From Malacoraja senta (Eukaryota): a DNA stretch of 64,000 bases. Positions 1 to 11,075 of this stretch are shown in pieces. A program made the translations under genes and the position numbers. Positions within the stretch are counted from its first letter, which is position 1, and every line of letters begins with the position of its first letter. The notes beneath the pieces were generated by a model, which was not told where the DNA came from, made no database searches, and was given only the letters and a program-made list of their open reading frames with translations. Location of the stretch: NCBI GenBank assembly GCA_038087875.1, contig CM075999.1, positions 1,862,001-1,926,000 of the forward strand, given 5' to 3'.

Positions 1-150
1 GGTGCACGCTAGGATTTGGCTCAGGGAAGATGGAGGGAAGAAAGAGAGAGGGGATTGTTACCTAAAATTGGAGAATTCAATGTTGAATTCATTGTGTTGT
101 AAGCTGCCCGTGCATAGAAGGTGCTGTTCCTCCAGTTTGTACATGGACCT
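1..150 (-). mobile_element. Degraded Penelope-like element fragment (3' end of GIY-YIG region); a further piece lies near 446-510
   Basis: Resembles the better-preserved copy at 42770-42900 (AAATTGGAGAA.TCAATGTT...CTGCCC...AGGTGCTG.TCCTCCA.TTT). Confidence 0.6.
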
Positions 151-157
151 GAGGCCA

Positions 158-441
158 TAGGTTCAAGGTGAAGGGGAAAGATTCAATAGGAATCTGAGGG
201 GTAACTTATACACACAAAGGGTGGTGGGTGTATGGAACAAGCTGCCAGAGGATGCAGTTGTGGCTGGGACTATCCCAACGTTTAAGAAGCAGTTAGACAG
301 GTACATGGATAAGGACAGGTTTGGAGGGATATGGACCAAGCGCAGGCAGGTGGGACTGGTGTAGCTGGGACATTGTTGGGCGGTGTGGGCAAGTTGGGCC
401 GAAGGGCCTGTTTCCACACAGTATCACTCTGTGACTCTATG
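158..441 (+). mobile_element. CR1 LINE 3' fragment, subfamily with (ACTCTATG)-like tail
   Basis: CR1 RT C-terminus-like sequence (TQRVVGVWNKLP) followed by 3' UTR GGGCCGAAGGGCCTGTTTCC. The same family occurs on the minus strand at about 1580-2005, 25730-26150 and 45748-45973. Confidence 0.8.
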
Positions 442-769
442 AATCCATGGCCTCACTCTGGCAATGGAGGAGGCCCAGGCCAGAAAGGTTGGTGTAAACG
501 GGAGTTAAAATGGTTTTTAAAAAAACCCATTGCTATTTATAAAGGCAGGCAGCGTGGAGAAGAAAAAAAGCACTTATAACGAATCTGTCATGACAACAGA
601 ATGAATGAGATGAGATTCTATGGAAATGTATAATAATCTGTTAGCTGTGAAGGCGCTGGAGAGGGGGGGGGGGAGAGTGGGTTTCAAGGATTGTAGTCAT
701 AGTCATACAGCACGGATACAGGCCCTTCAGCCCAACTTGCCCACGCCAACCAACATGCCCCATCGATTG

Positions 770-1325
770 TGTACAGTCTTAGTCTCCTAATTTGAGGAAG
801 GACATCCTTGTGATTGACGCAGTGCAGCGTAGGTTCACGAGATCGATCCCTGGGATGGCGGGACTGTCGTATGAGGAAAGATTGAAAAGACTAGGCTTGT
901 ATTCACTGGAGTTTAGAAGGATGAGGGGGAATCTTATAGAAACATATAAAATTATAAAAGGACTGGACAAGCAGGAAAAATGTTCCCAACGTGGGGCGTG
1001 TCCAGAACCAGGGGCCACACTTAGAATAAAAGGGAGGTCATTTAAGACTGAGGTGAGAAAAAACTTTTTCACCCAGAGAGTTGTGAATTTGTGGAATTCC
1101 CTGTCACAGAGGGCAGTGGGAGGCAAGTCACTGGATGGATTTAAGAGAGAGTTGGGTAGAGCTCTAAGGGCTAGTGGAGTCAAGGGATATGGGGAGAAGG
1201 CAGGCACGGGTTATTGATAGGGGACGATCAGCCATGATCACAATGAATGGTGGTGCTGTCTCGAAGGGCCGAATGGCCTCCTCCTGCACCTATTGTCTAT
1301 GTTTCTATGTTTCTATGTTTCTATG
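770..1325 (+). mobile_element. CR1 LINE 3' fragment, (TTCTATGT)n tail
   Basis: ORF 792-1217 contains VQRRFTR..GLSYEERL..LYSLEFRRMRG.LIETYKI..FFTQRVVNLWNSL, the CR1 ORF2 C-terminus; octamer tail at about 1295-1325. Confidence 0.92.
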
Positions 1326-2159
1326 ACACTAGTCCCTATTGTGCACAGGATAGTGCTAGTGTATGGGGTGATCGCTGGTCGGCACGGACTCGGTGGGCCG
1401 AAGGGCCTGTATCTGCGCTGTATCTCTAAAGTATAAAGTCATTGCTATACACGATGGCCCAGCCTCACCCACTCTCACACGGAGATGGAAAACTGCGTTG
1501 AAGTATCCTCACACAATTTACCACAATAAGTGGACCTTTGATTCACGGAATCAATCATTTTCCAAATCATAAAGTCACATAATCATAGAGTCACAGAGTG
1601 ATACAGTGTGGCCCTTCAGCCCAACCCGCCGACACCGGCCAACAATGTCCCAGCTACCCTAGTCCCACTTGCTTGCGCTTGGTCCATAACCTTGCAAACC
1701 TGTCCTATCCATGTACCTGTCCAACTGTTTCTTAAACGATGGGATAGTCCCAGCCTCAACGACCTCCTCTGGCAGCTTGTTCCATACACCCTCTGTGAGA
1801 AAAAGTTACCCCTCGGATTCCTACTAAATCTTTTCCCCTTTAACTTGAACCTGTCCTCTGGTCCTCGATTCCTCTACTCTGGGCAAGGGACTGTGGATCT
1901 ACCCGATCTATTCCTCTCATGATTTTGAATACCTCTATAAGATCTCCCCTCATCCTCCTATGCTCCATGGAATAGAGACCCAGCCTACTTAACCTCACCC
2001 TATAGTCATAGGATCATACAGCAACAAAACAGGCCCTTCGGCCCATCATCTATAGGAGCAGAATTAGGTAATTTACCCATCGAGTCTGTCCCACTATCTA
2101 TGCCAACTAAATAGACTAATCCCATTTGCCCGCATTTGGCCCAGATCCCTTTAAACCTT

Positions 2160-2915
2160 GTGTAGGAAGGAACTGCAGATGCTGGCTTACACCGAAGATA
2201 GACACAAAAAGCTGGAGTAACTCAGCAGGACAGGCAGCGTCTCTGGGGGAAAGGAACACGTGACGTTTCAGGTCGAGACCCTTCTTCAGACTGAGAGTCA
2301 GGGGAGAGGGAAACGAGGGATATAGACGGTGATATGGAGAGATACAGAACAAATGAATGAAAGATGTGCAAAAAAACAACGATGATGAATGGAAACATCA
2401 ATTTAAGAATAAGGGGTTGGCCATTTAGAACGGAGACGAGGAAACACTTTTTCTCACAGAGAGTGGTGAGTCTGTGGAATTCTCTGCCTCAGAGGGCGGC
2501 GGAGGCAGGTTCTCTGGATGCTTTCAAGAGAGAGCTAGATAGGGCTCTTAAAGTTAGCGGAGTCAGGGGATATGGGGAGAAGGCAGGAACGGGGTACTGA
2601 TTGGGGATGATCAGCCATGATCACATTGAATGGCGGTGCTGGCTCGAAGGGCCAAATGGCCTACTCCTGCACCTATTGTCTATTGCCTATTGAAACAGGC
2701 CATTGTTAGCTGCGTTCTGGGTGAGAATGAGTTACAGACAATGAGACTCAACGACTTTGAAGCTGGTACGACTTGGGTGGGGGAGGGATGGGGAGAGAGT
2801 GGGTTCTGCAAGGGTTACTTGAAGTTAGCTCACGTAGGCCACAGCTAATAATGGCCTGTTTCCTTTATCATGCCGTCTGACCCGCTGAGTTACTCCAGCT
2901 TTTTGTGTCTATCTT
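2160..2915 (-). mobile_element. Penelope-derived terminal repeat plus 3' region, interrupted by a CR1 3' fragment (about 2399-2691, +)
   Basis: Hammerhead-type repeat at 2160-2292. GAAACA occurs on both sides of the CR1 insert, and a short inverted copy lies at 2840-2915. Confidence 0.7.
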
Positions 2916-3337
2916 CTCTTTAAAGCTTTCCTATCCATGTATCTGTCCCAGTGTCATTTAAATGCAGTTGTAGTCCCTGCAGTTGTAGTGGCCGAGCTCG
3001 CACTCGAGTCATCCAAGGCGCCAGAGAACTCAGCGGGTTCAGCAGAATCTTTACACACTGTTGTATAACGTTAGTACCTCCACCAATGTAAAGCACTTTG
3101 GACAACGAGAGTTGTTTTTTAAATGCGCTACAGAAATAAAAGTGACTTGACTTGACTTGACTTTAGACAGACAGGCCCTTCTGCCCACCGGGTCCGTGCA
3201 GACCAGCGATCCCCATACACGAGCACTATCCTACACACAAACTCACACTAGGGTCAATTTACAAATTTTACCGAAGCCAATTAGCCTACAAACCTGTACG
3301 TCTTTGGAGGGTGGGAGGAAACTGGAGCACCCGGGGC

Positions 3338-3757
3338 CAGCATGGTGGCGCAGCGGTAGAGTTGCTCCCTCACAGCGCCAGAGACCTGAGTTCAATCCTG
3401 ACCAAAGATCCTATAGCGGAGACGGAAACCGGTTACGGGAATTGGGCGGAAAATTACCCATGAATCTGCCCATGACCGTACTACGTCTTTTTCGTCGAGT
3501 GGTCTATCTTGCTCGCTATAGGATCTTTGATCCTGACTACGGGTGCTGTCTGTACGGAGTTCGTACGTTCTCCCCGTGACCGCGTGGGTTTCCTCCGGGT
3601 GCTCCGGTTTCCTCCCACACTCCAAAGACGTGCAGGTTTGTAGGTTAATTGGCTTCGGTAGAATTGTAAATTGTCCCCTGGTGTGTTTGTGTGTGGGGAT
3701 CGCTGGTCGGCGCAGATTCAGGCCCTGTTTCCGCGCTCTATCTCTAAACTAAACTAA
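3338..3757 (+). mobile_element. HE1-like tRNA-derived V-SINE, full length, containing a MITE
   Basis: A-box TGGCGCAGCGG, B-box-like GAGTTCAATCC, central GTACGTTCTCCCCGTGACCGCGTGGGTTTCCTCCGGGTGCTCCGGTTTCCTCCCAC and (CTAAA)n tail. Confidence 0.88.
3403..3529. mobile_element. 127-bp MITE with 16-bp TIR and 8-bp TSD (P or hAT superfamily)
   Basis: CAAAGATCCTATAGCG...CGCTATAGGATCTTTG; ATCCTGAC duplicated at 3395-3402 and 3530-3537. Confidence 0.9.
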
Positions 3758-3973
3758 AAACACCCGGAGAAAACCCACACGGTCATTGGGGAGAACGTAC
3801 AAACTCCATACAGACAGCTCCTGCAGTCAGGATCGAACCCGGGCCTCTGCCGCTGTAAGGCAGCAGCTCGACCGCTGCGCCACCGTGACGCCCGTGTTCC
3901 CATTGTGTTCTACATCTTTGGCCTTTGTGGCCATCCTCACATGTGCCAGAGCCTCTCTGCAGACTCCAGCATA

Positions 3974-4465
3974 ATGTAACATGGAAAACATGGAACATGT
4001 GCTAACATGTAACATGTAACATGGAATATGTGGGAACATGTAACATGGAATATGTGGGAACATGTAACATGGAATATGTGGGAACATGTAACATGGAATA
4101 TGTGGGAACATGTAACATGGAACATGGAATATGTGGGAACATGTAACATGGAACATGGAATATGTGGTAACCTGTAACATGTAACATGGAATAGGTGGGA
4201 ACATGTAACATGGAACATGGAATATGTGGGAACATGTAACATGGAATATGTGGGAACATGTAACACAGAACATGTAACATGGTAACATGTAACATGGAAC
4301 ATGTGCTAACATGTAACATGGAATATGTGGGGACATGTAACATGGAACGTGGTAACAAGTAACATGGAAAACATGGAACATGTGCTACATGTAACATGTA
4401 ACATGGACTATGTGGGAACAAGTAACCTGTAACATGTAACATGTAACGTGGTAACATGTAACATG
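3974..4465. repeat. Minisatellite, ~24-bp unit ACATGTAACATGGAATATGTGGGA built from 7-mer subunits
   Basis: Direct tandem repetition is visible and produces the repetitive ORFs at 3827-4457. Confidence 0.95.
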
Positions 4466-5426
4466 ATAATCGATGGTGATCGATGGCCAGCCTATCTTGA
4501 ATCTTTCAATCAAGTCAACCAAACAGCAACTACCTGCTATAACCAGTGTGTAGGAAGAAACTGCAGATGCTGGTTTACACCGAAGATAGACACGAAATGC
4601 TGGAGTAACTCAGTGGGTCGGGCAGCATCTCTGGAGAGAAGGAAAGGGTGACGTTTCGGGTCGAGACCCTTCGTCTGCTTTGTCCCCTCCACCGTCTCTG
4701 CTTTGCCAAGCGCTTTTCAATGCTGTCATTTTTTTTGATTGAGCGTCTTTGATTTTGAGCTTCCTGAGAGCGAGTCAGTAAAGAATATCCATTTCATCTC
4801 TCCCTGCATCTGAAATAAAGCAAAATCAATTCTCCGTTACTTATCGTCGAAATGACTCCTTTATAAGAACCAATTAAATTCCCGGATCAATGTTACCTGT
4901 GTCTGCCCAATTAATTCAAGTTTCTGGCAACTTGCAGCAACTCTTTTCACACCAACTTTGTCCACAGACCCACTGAGTTACTCCTGCTTTTTGTGCCTAT
5001 CTTCTTGTCCACAGACATGATGGTTTCCTCCTCCTCCCCTGTCTTCATAGACATCCCTTGTGTCAACAGATGACTTGATTCCATTCCACCTTTGGATATC
5101 CTTGAACCTGTCGGACACAGTTCACAGATTCCCACACCTTGAATGAATGAATGAATGAACCTTTATTGTCATGTGTACCTAGGTACAGTGAAATTCTTTG
5201 TTTTGCCTGCAATACACAGCTTGTACGTTCTCCCTGTGGCCTGCGTGGGTTTTCTCCGAGATCTTCGTTTACCTCCTGCACTCCAAAGGCGTAAGGGTTT
5301 GTAGGTTAATTGGGTTGGTATGAATGTAATTTGTCCCTGGTGTGTGTAGGGTAGTGTTAGTGCGGGGATCGCTGGTTGATGCGGACTTGGTCGGCCGAAG
5401 AGCCCGATTCCGCACTGTATCTCTAA

Positions 5427-5720
5427 ACATAGAAACATAGAAAATAGGTGCAGGAGGAGACCATCCGGCCCTTCGAGCCAGCACCGCCATTCATCGTGAT
5501 CATGGCTGATCGTCCCCTGTCAATAACCCGTGCCTGCCTTCTCCCCATATCCCTTGACTCCACTAGCCCCTAGAGCTCTATCTAACTCTCTCTTAAATCC
5601 ATCCAGTGACTTGGCCTCCGCTGCCCTCTGTGGCAGAGAATTCCACAAATTCACAACTCTCTGAATGAAAAAGTTTTTTTCTCACCTCAGTCTTAAATGG
5701 CCGCCCCTTTATTCTAAGAC
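5427..5720 (-). mobile_element. CR1 LINE 3' fragment
   Basis: Reverse complement of the 3' part of 770-1325, with an (ACATAGAA)n tail. Confidence 0.88.
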
Positions 5721-5846
5721 TAAACTAAACTCAACTCCAAAGACGTACAGGGCTTGTAGGTAAATAAAGTTTGGTTTAGTTTAGTTTATTGTCAGGTGTA
5801 CTGAGGTACAGCTTTTTGTTGCGCGCTCTCCAGTCAGCAGAAAGAC

Positions 5847-5901
5847 GTGGTGGGGAGATTGCAACCTTCACGTGGTCCGCCCTGTTTCGACGAATGCAAT
5901 C
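5847..5901 (+). ncRNA. Candidate minimal HDV-like self-cleaving ribozyme
   Basis: P1 GTGGTGG/CCGCCCT (G1.U wobble, one mismatch), P2 GATTGCA/TGCAATC, P3 ACC/GGT, L3 TTCACGT, P1.1 C5869-G5884, vestigial P4 T-TTCG-A, J4/2 CGAA. Confidence 0.8.
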
Positions 5902-5991
5902 AACCTGGCGTGCACAATCAAGTAAGATCAAATAGAACAAGTTGTCCTACAACTTTAGACTGTGTACACCACACGCAAGAAGAAGAAGAAG
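5847..5991 (+). mobile_element. 145-bp non-autonomous non-LTR element with (AAG)n tail and 11-bp TSD
   Basis: AGCAGAAAGAC at 5836-5846 and 5992-6002; ends CGCAAGAAGAAGAAGAAG; no Pol III boxes seen. Confidence 0.88.
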
Positions 5992-6164
5992 AGCAGAAAG
6001 ACTACACATGATTACAGTCGTCACATCTACAGTGTACAGATACGGAACCAAGGGAATAATGTTTAGTACAAGGTAAAGTCCAGTATAGTATGATTAAAGA
6101 TAGTCTGAGGGTCTCCAATGAGGTCGATAGTAGCTCAGGACAGCTCTCTAGACTTAGACTTCAG

Positions 6165-6905
6165 ACTTTAGACTTCAGAGATACAGCAAGGAAACAGGCC
6201 CTGCGGAGCACCGAGTCCATGCCGACTAGCGATCACCACACACACTAACACTATCCGACACACTCGGGGCAATGTACAATTTATACCGAAGAAATGTAAC
6301 CACTAACCTGTACATCTTTGGAGTGCGGGAGGAAACCGGAGTGCCCAGAGAAAACCCACACGGTCACGGGAAGAACATGCAGATTGCATACAGATAGCCG
6401 TTATAGATTGCAACGGCAACTTCTCCCGCCCGAGTTGCGGGGTTGAAAATGACCTGGAGCGGGGCCTTGCATCGCCCGGCGCGGCTTTAAATGGCCGCGG
6501 GACTTGCTAGCGCCCGCCGGGGGCTCCAACATCAAGACCCGGAGCGCGGCCTTGCATCGCCCGGCGCGGCTTTAATGGCCGCGGGACTTATTTACCATCG
6601 CCCGCCGGGGGGCTCTGACTCTGACATCGGGAGGAGAATGGGGAGTGCAGGGGAGAGACAAGACTTTGCCTTCCATCACAGTGAGGTGGAGATTCGCTGT
6701 GATGGATGTTTGTGTAAACTGTGTTGTGTCTTGGTTCTTCTTCTTCTTTGTGTGACTGCAGAAACCAAATTTCGTTTGAACCTCAATGAGGTTCAAATGA
6801 CAACAAATAAATTATATCATTGTATCATATCGCCCGTGGTCAGGATCGAACCCGGGTCTCTGGCGCTGTGAGGTGGCAACTCTACTGCTGCGCCACCGTG
6901 CTGCC
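6165..6905 (-). mobile_element. V-SINE interrupted at about 6400-6830 by a GC-rich element
   Basis: Tail and body at 6165-6400; head CGCCCGTGGTCAGGATCGAACCCGGG...GCGCCACCGTGC at 6831-6905. Confidence 0.8.
6402..6828 (+). mobile_element. GC-rich SINE-like element with ~85-bp internal tandem repeat, 13-bp hairpin and Rex1-like tail
   Basis: Units start at 6451 and 6536; hairpin TCCATCACAGTGA/TCGCTGTGATGGA; shorter copies at 47645-47922 and 58200-58338. Confidence 0.75.
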
Positions 6906-7724
6906 TTAATGTTGTTGACGGGATGATTCAGTTGCCTGATAACTGCCGGGAAGAAACTGTCGCTGAATCTGGAGATGTGCGTGTTCACACTTCTGTTCCT
7001 CTTGCCTGAGGGGAGAGGGGAGAAGAGGGAGTGACGAGGGGTGAGACTGGCCCTTGATTACTCTTGCCTTCCCGCAGGGGAAGGGGGGGGGGGGGGAGGG
7101 GGGGTGGTGGGACCCATTTGTACCGACTGGAGTTGATGAAAATTTCCGAACAGGACAGAAAACATTCCCAAACACCATGTATCATAAAACCCAAATCACA
7201 ATTGCTCTGTGGACATGTTGTCAGAATTAAATGGAACAACCAGAACGTGAGTTCGTTTCTGAACGTAGATCCCGCTGGAATTAATCTTCATTTACTCGTC
7301 TTTCTTTCATTAATTCAATAACTCAATTGATCCATTCTGATTGCATTCCAGATTACAGACAAGCAGAATTAATTTGTTCATAATCAATTGCTTTGGAGAA
7401 ATTTATTTCCCTTAATGATTTTTGAATGGAAGACATGTTCTTTGGAATAAAGGCTCAGAACACTGATGGAAGTTGCGTACTCCCTCTTCTGTAGATCTTG
7501 CTGCAGTTTTGTTCAGTTTAGTTTAGTTTAGTTTGGTCCACGCAGTTTTATCAGCACCTTGTTTTGTTAGCTTGAGATACCAGCGCTTGCATTCTCGTGC
7601 AGCTCCACTGCTTTCTCCATCATGTGCAAATGAAAATGAGCAAATGTCCCCCAGAACTTTCTCTTCATTTCCCCAATGGTTTTTGCCTCTGAGCAGCATT
7701 CAGGCGAGAAGTCTACAAACCCCA

Positions 7725-8168
7725 GGGCAGCTGGGCTTGTACACTCCGGAGTTTAGAAGGATGAGAGGGTATCTCATTGAAACATATAAGATTGTTAAGG
7801 GCTTGGACACGCTAGAGGCAGGAAACATGTTCCCGATGTTGGGGGGAGTCCAGAACCAGGGGCCACAGTTTAAGAATAAGGAGTAAGCCATTGAGAACTG
7901 AGACGAGGAAACACTTTTTCTCACAGAGAGTGGTGAGTCTGTGGAATTCTCTGCCTCAGAGGGCGGTGGAGGCAGGTTCTCTGGATACTTTCAAGGGAGA
8001 GCTAGATAGGGCTCTTAAAGATAGCGGAGTCAGGGGATATGGGGAGAAGGCAGGAACGGGGTACTGATTGGGGATGATCAGCCATGATCACATTGAATGG
8101 CGATGCTGGCTCGAAGGGCCGAATGGCCTACTCCTGCACCTATTGTCTATTGTCTATTGTTGTCTATT
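7725..8168 (+). mobile_element. CR1 LINE 3' fragment, (CTATTGT)n tail
   Basis: QLGLYTPEFRRMRGYLIETYKIVKGLD; near-identical to 19471-20101. Confidence 0.9.
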
Positions 8169-8539
8169 GGCAATCCCAGCGTGAGCCTCCCTCTCTCCAC
8201 TGCTGGGGTCTCTTGCTTTACTGCCTCCTGCTGTTATGCTCTGGAACACTCAGTTCCTGTCTTACTCTCCCTTTCTCTCTGTCTGTCCCTCCATTCCCTA
8301 TCCCTCTCACTCTCCCGCTCCCTGTCCCCCTCTATCTCTCTCTCCATTACTCCCTCTTGTTCCTTTCTTCAAGGTGCAGATTGACAGATTTATGATTAGT
8401 ACGGGTGTCAGGGGTTATGGGGAGAAGGCAGAAGAATGGGATTGAGAGGGATAGGTAGATCAGCCAAGGTTGCGTGGTGGAGTGGACTAGATGGGCTGAA
8501 TGGCCTAATCCTGCACCCATTACTTATGAACTCAAGAGG

Positions 8540-8817
8540 CACAGCATGGAAACAGGCCCTTCGGCCCGCCCACCGATTCCGCACCCACCTGCAATCACCT
8601 GTACACTAGCTCTACCCTACACACCTGGGGCAATTTACAGAAGCCAATTCACCTACAAACCTGCGGGCCTTTTGGAATGTGAGTGGAGACCGGAGCACCC
8701 AGAGAAAACCCACGTGGTCACGGGGAGAACGGACAAACTCCGTACAGACAGCTCCCGCAGTCAGGATCGAACCGGGGTCTCTGGCGCAGTGAGGCAGCAA
8801 CTCTACCGCTGCTCCAC
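8540..8817 (-). mobile_element. HE1-like V-SINE
   Basis: Reverse complement of the 3338-3757 type. Further copies at about 26450-26730(-), 27195-27453(+), 30235-30546(-), 34895-35190(-), 35560-35790(+), 36155-36468(+), 39940-40250(+) and 42010-42283(-). Confidence 0.85.
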
Positions 8818-9431
8818 ACCCATTCTCTTTAATCTGCTTTTCCCACATTACCATAAAACACGCATAAAACGTGACTTGCCTGCGCTTATAGAACAACAAA
8901 CCTCCAGACTTCACACACAAAAATCATAAATAAATGTCATTTATGCAAATACTTTCATACTTAATAGTTGCTATAAATAATTCACCAGATAACCTACCAC
9001 AGTGTAAAGCGATCACAACTGGATTCCGCCAGTAATTCCCAGGAAGGATGGTGACTCTTGTACGCTGCCTCAGTCTAATCTGCTGTTCGTACACTCTCAT
9101 ATTGAAATATGATTGTGGCTAAATGTGCTGGATGGAATTGCAGATGCCGGTTTACACTAAAGGTAGACACAAAATGCTGGAGTAACTCAGCGGGTCAGAC
9201 AGAGAAGGAATGGGTGACATTTCGGGTCGAGACCCTTCTTCAGGCTGAGCTGAAACCTACGTTCTCTGAGATCTCCGGTTTCCTCCCACACTCCAAAGAC
9301 GTGCAGGTGTGCAGGCTAATTGGCTTGGTGTAAAATGTAAATTGTCTCTAGTGTGTGTAGGATAGTGTTACAGTGCAGGAATCGCTGGTCGGTAGGGCCG
9401 AAGGGCCTGTTTCCGTGCTGTATCTCAAATC

Positions 9432-9803
9432 TCTTTTTCTTTCTTCGGCCCCCTGCGGTCATGGCTGTCCATGGTTGTCTCCAGGGTTGGAGGACGCCTG
9501 TGCGTGACTTTGTATAACGTGGGGAGACTGGTGCACAGACAGCCACCCCACGGTCCTTGACAGATCTGGGTCAGGATCCAGTGGCATGGAGTCCAAGACC
9601 TTTTCTGCTGCAGCCTTCATCCGCCTTCCCAGCCGTTGTGACGCTCCACTAAGGTCAGCCATCATCCTCCGCCTGTTCCACCGTCGAGGTCTTGGTTGGA
9701 TTGGCTCTTTGTCAGAGACCTCCCCCTCGACCTTACCGCCATGGGTGGCCCGACCAGGAGGATGGCTCCAGACGGCATCGCTCTCAGGATCTCAGGACCA
9801 CAC
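9432..9803 (-). mobile_element. RTE-related non-autonomous element (5'-UTR-like body, short purine-rich tail), 5'-truncated
   Basis: Minus strand GAGCGATGCC...GGGCCACCCATGGCGGTAAGGTCGAGGGGGAGGT..GACAAAGAGC.AATCC parallels 49363-49462; inserted into a V-SINE tail. Confidence 0.65.
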
Positions 9804-10099
9804 TAAACTAAAATCATCATTCCTGACATCCCTTGAATGATACAACGTTGTTTCAAGGTGTATTGGCTCTGCAATCCCCTTCAGCTGCTGGTTTGTGACA
9901 TTCGCCTCCTTCACATAACAAGAAGCTGCAAACAGCAACAATTTTACGGCTGCTTGCAGTGTTTCAAACTTCCCCAGAGTGTCATAGCCATCGCCCGATT
10001 CAAGAAATGCATCGGAGATCTGCAAACTGCAAGCGCATTTTATATATGCGTGAGACCTGCAGTAACTCATGGCCCTTAAAGAGAGAAGTGGCTGCAGAA

Positions 10100-11075
10100 A
10101 TGGATACAAGATCTAAGACAGAGTCGGGTAAGGACAAAGAATTTGATGACTTGAAGAAATCAGTGAAAGATATAAAAGATGCAATTTTGGAAGAAAATAC
10201 AACTCTGATGGGAAAAATGATGGAAAATATCGAAAAGATGTTGAAGCATTCGAATGCTGGAAATCAGAAGGCTATTGATGCTGGTAATCAGAAGGTGATT
10301 GATTCACTGGACACTATAAATAAACGAATTGATGATGTGAAAGGGACTATCGGGGAGAATGGATAAGATGGATAAAATTACTACGGACAGGTTCACGGCT
10401 GTGCTTGAAACAGTAGCTGCAAGTATGCTCACAATTACGGAATTGGAGAAAAATATGGCTCGAGTGGTTGAAGACATGGTGAAAATGAGGCAAGAACATG
10501 ATCAAAGGAAGCAAGAATATGAGCAAACTTCAGTACAGATGGTGACTCAACTGGGGAAAGTCTCAGACAAATGCCTGGACCTGGAAGCTCGCTCTAGACG
10601 CCAGAATTTTAGAATTCTTGGAGTCTCAGAGGGAGCCGAGGGAAAGGACGTTCGTGAGTTTGCCATGGGCTTACTTAAACATTTGCTTAATCTTTCCAAA
10701 GAACCGAAAATTGAAGTGGCTCATCGTGTTCCAAGATTTAAACAGAGATCTGAAGCTGGAAAAACCCACCCACGACATATTATTGTGAAATTTCGGGACA
10801 TTTCAGAACTGGAAGATGTCATGAGCAAAATCAAATACGGAGTTCAACTACGGATGGACAATGACATTATCAAAATATTCAGGGACTATCCGTATGAAAT
10901 TGTGCAAAAGAGAAATCAATTCGGGAAGGTTAAAGAGCTTTTAAGAGGGAAACAAGGGGTCAGATACGGTGTTTTTTATCCAGCCAAAATGCGTATTTCT
11001 TTTAATGGTTCTGAAAAGTCATTTGTAAAACCTGAGGAAGCGTACAAATATGCCCAGAGCATCGTTGAAAAATAG
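10100..11075 (+). pseudogene. L1 ORF1p (coiled coil, RRM, CTD), one frameshift near 10360
   Basis: LEARSRRQNFRILGVSEG, IEVAHRV, PRHIIVKF and YPAKMRI motifs typical of L1 ORF1. Confidence 0.9.

Larger units (their letters stand above)
3164..3893 (-). mobile_element. HE1-like V-SINE (minus strand) split by a second V-SINE
   Basis: 3' half at 3164-3333 and tRNA-like head at 3761-3893; CACCCGG is duplicated at the break. Confidence 0.8.

Noticed and set aside
3827..4457. Repetitive ORFs or a CRISPR-like array
   Set aside because: Contiguous tandem repeat with no unique spacers, no cas genes and a eukaryotic context.
6491..6871. 126-aa GC-rich ORF or CpG-island promoter
   Set aside because: Lies within a dispersed repeat that has other copies in the window.
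7076..7112. G-quadruplex-forming G runs (also 18565, 42355-42476, 51811)
   Set aside because: Simple homopolymer expansions, mostly within repeats, with no evidence of function.
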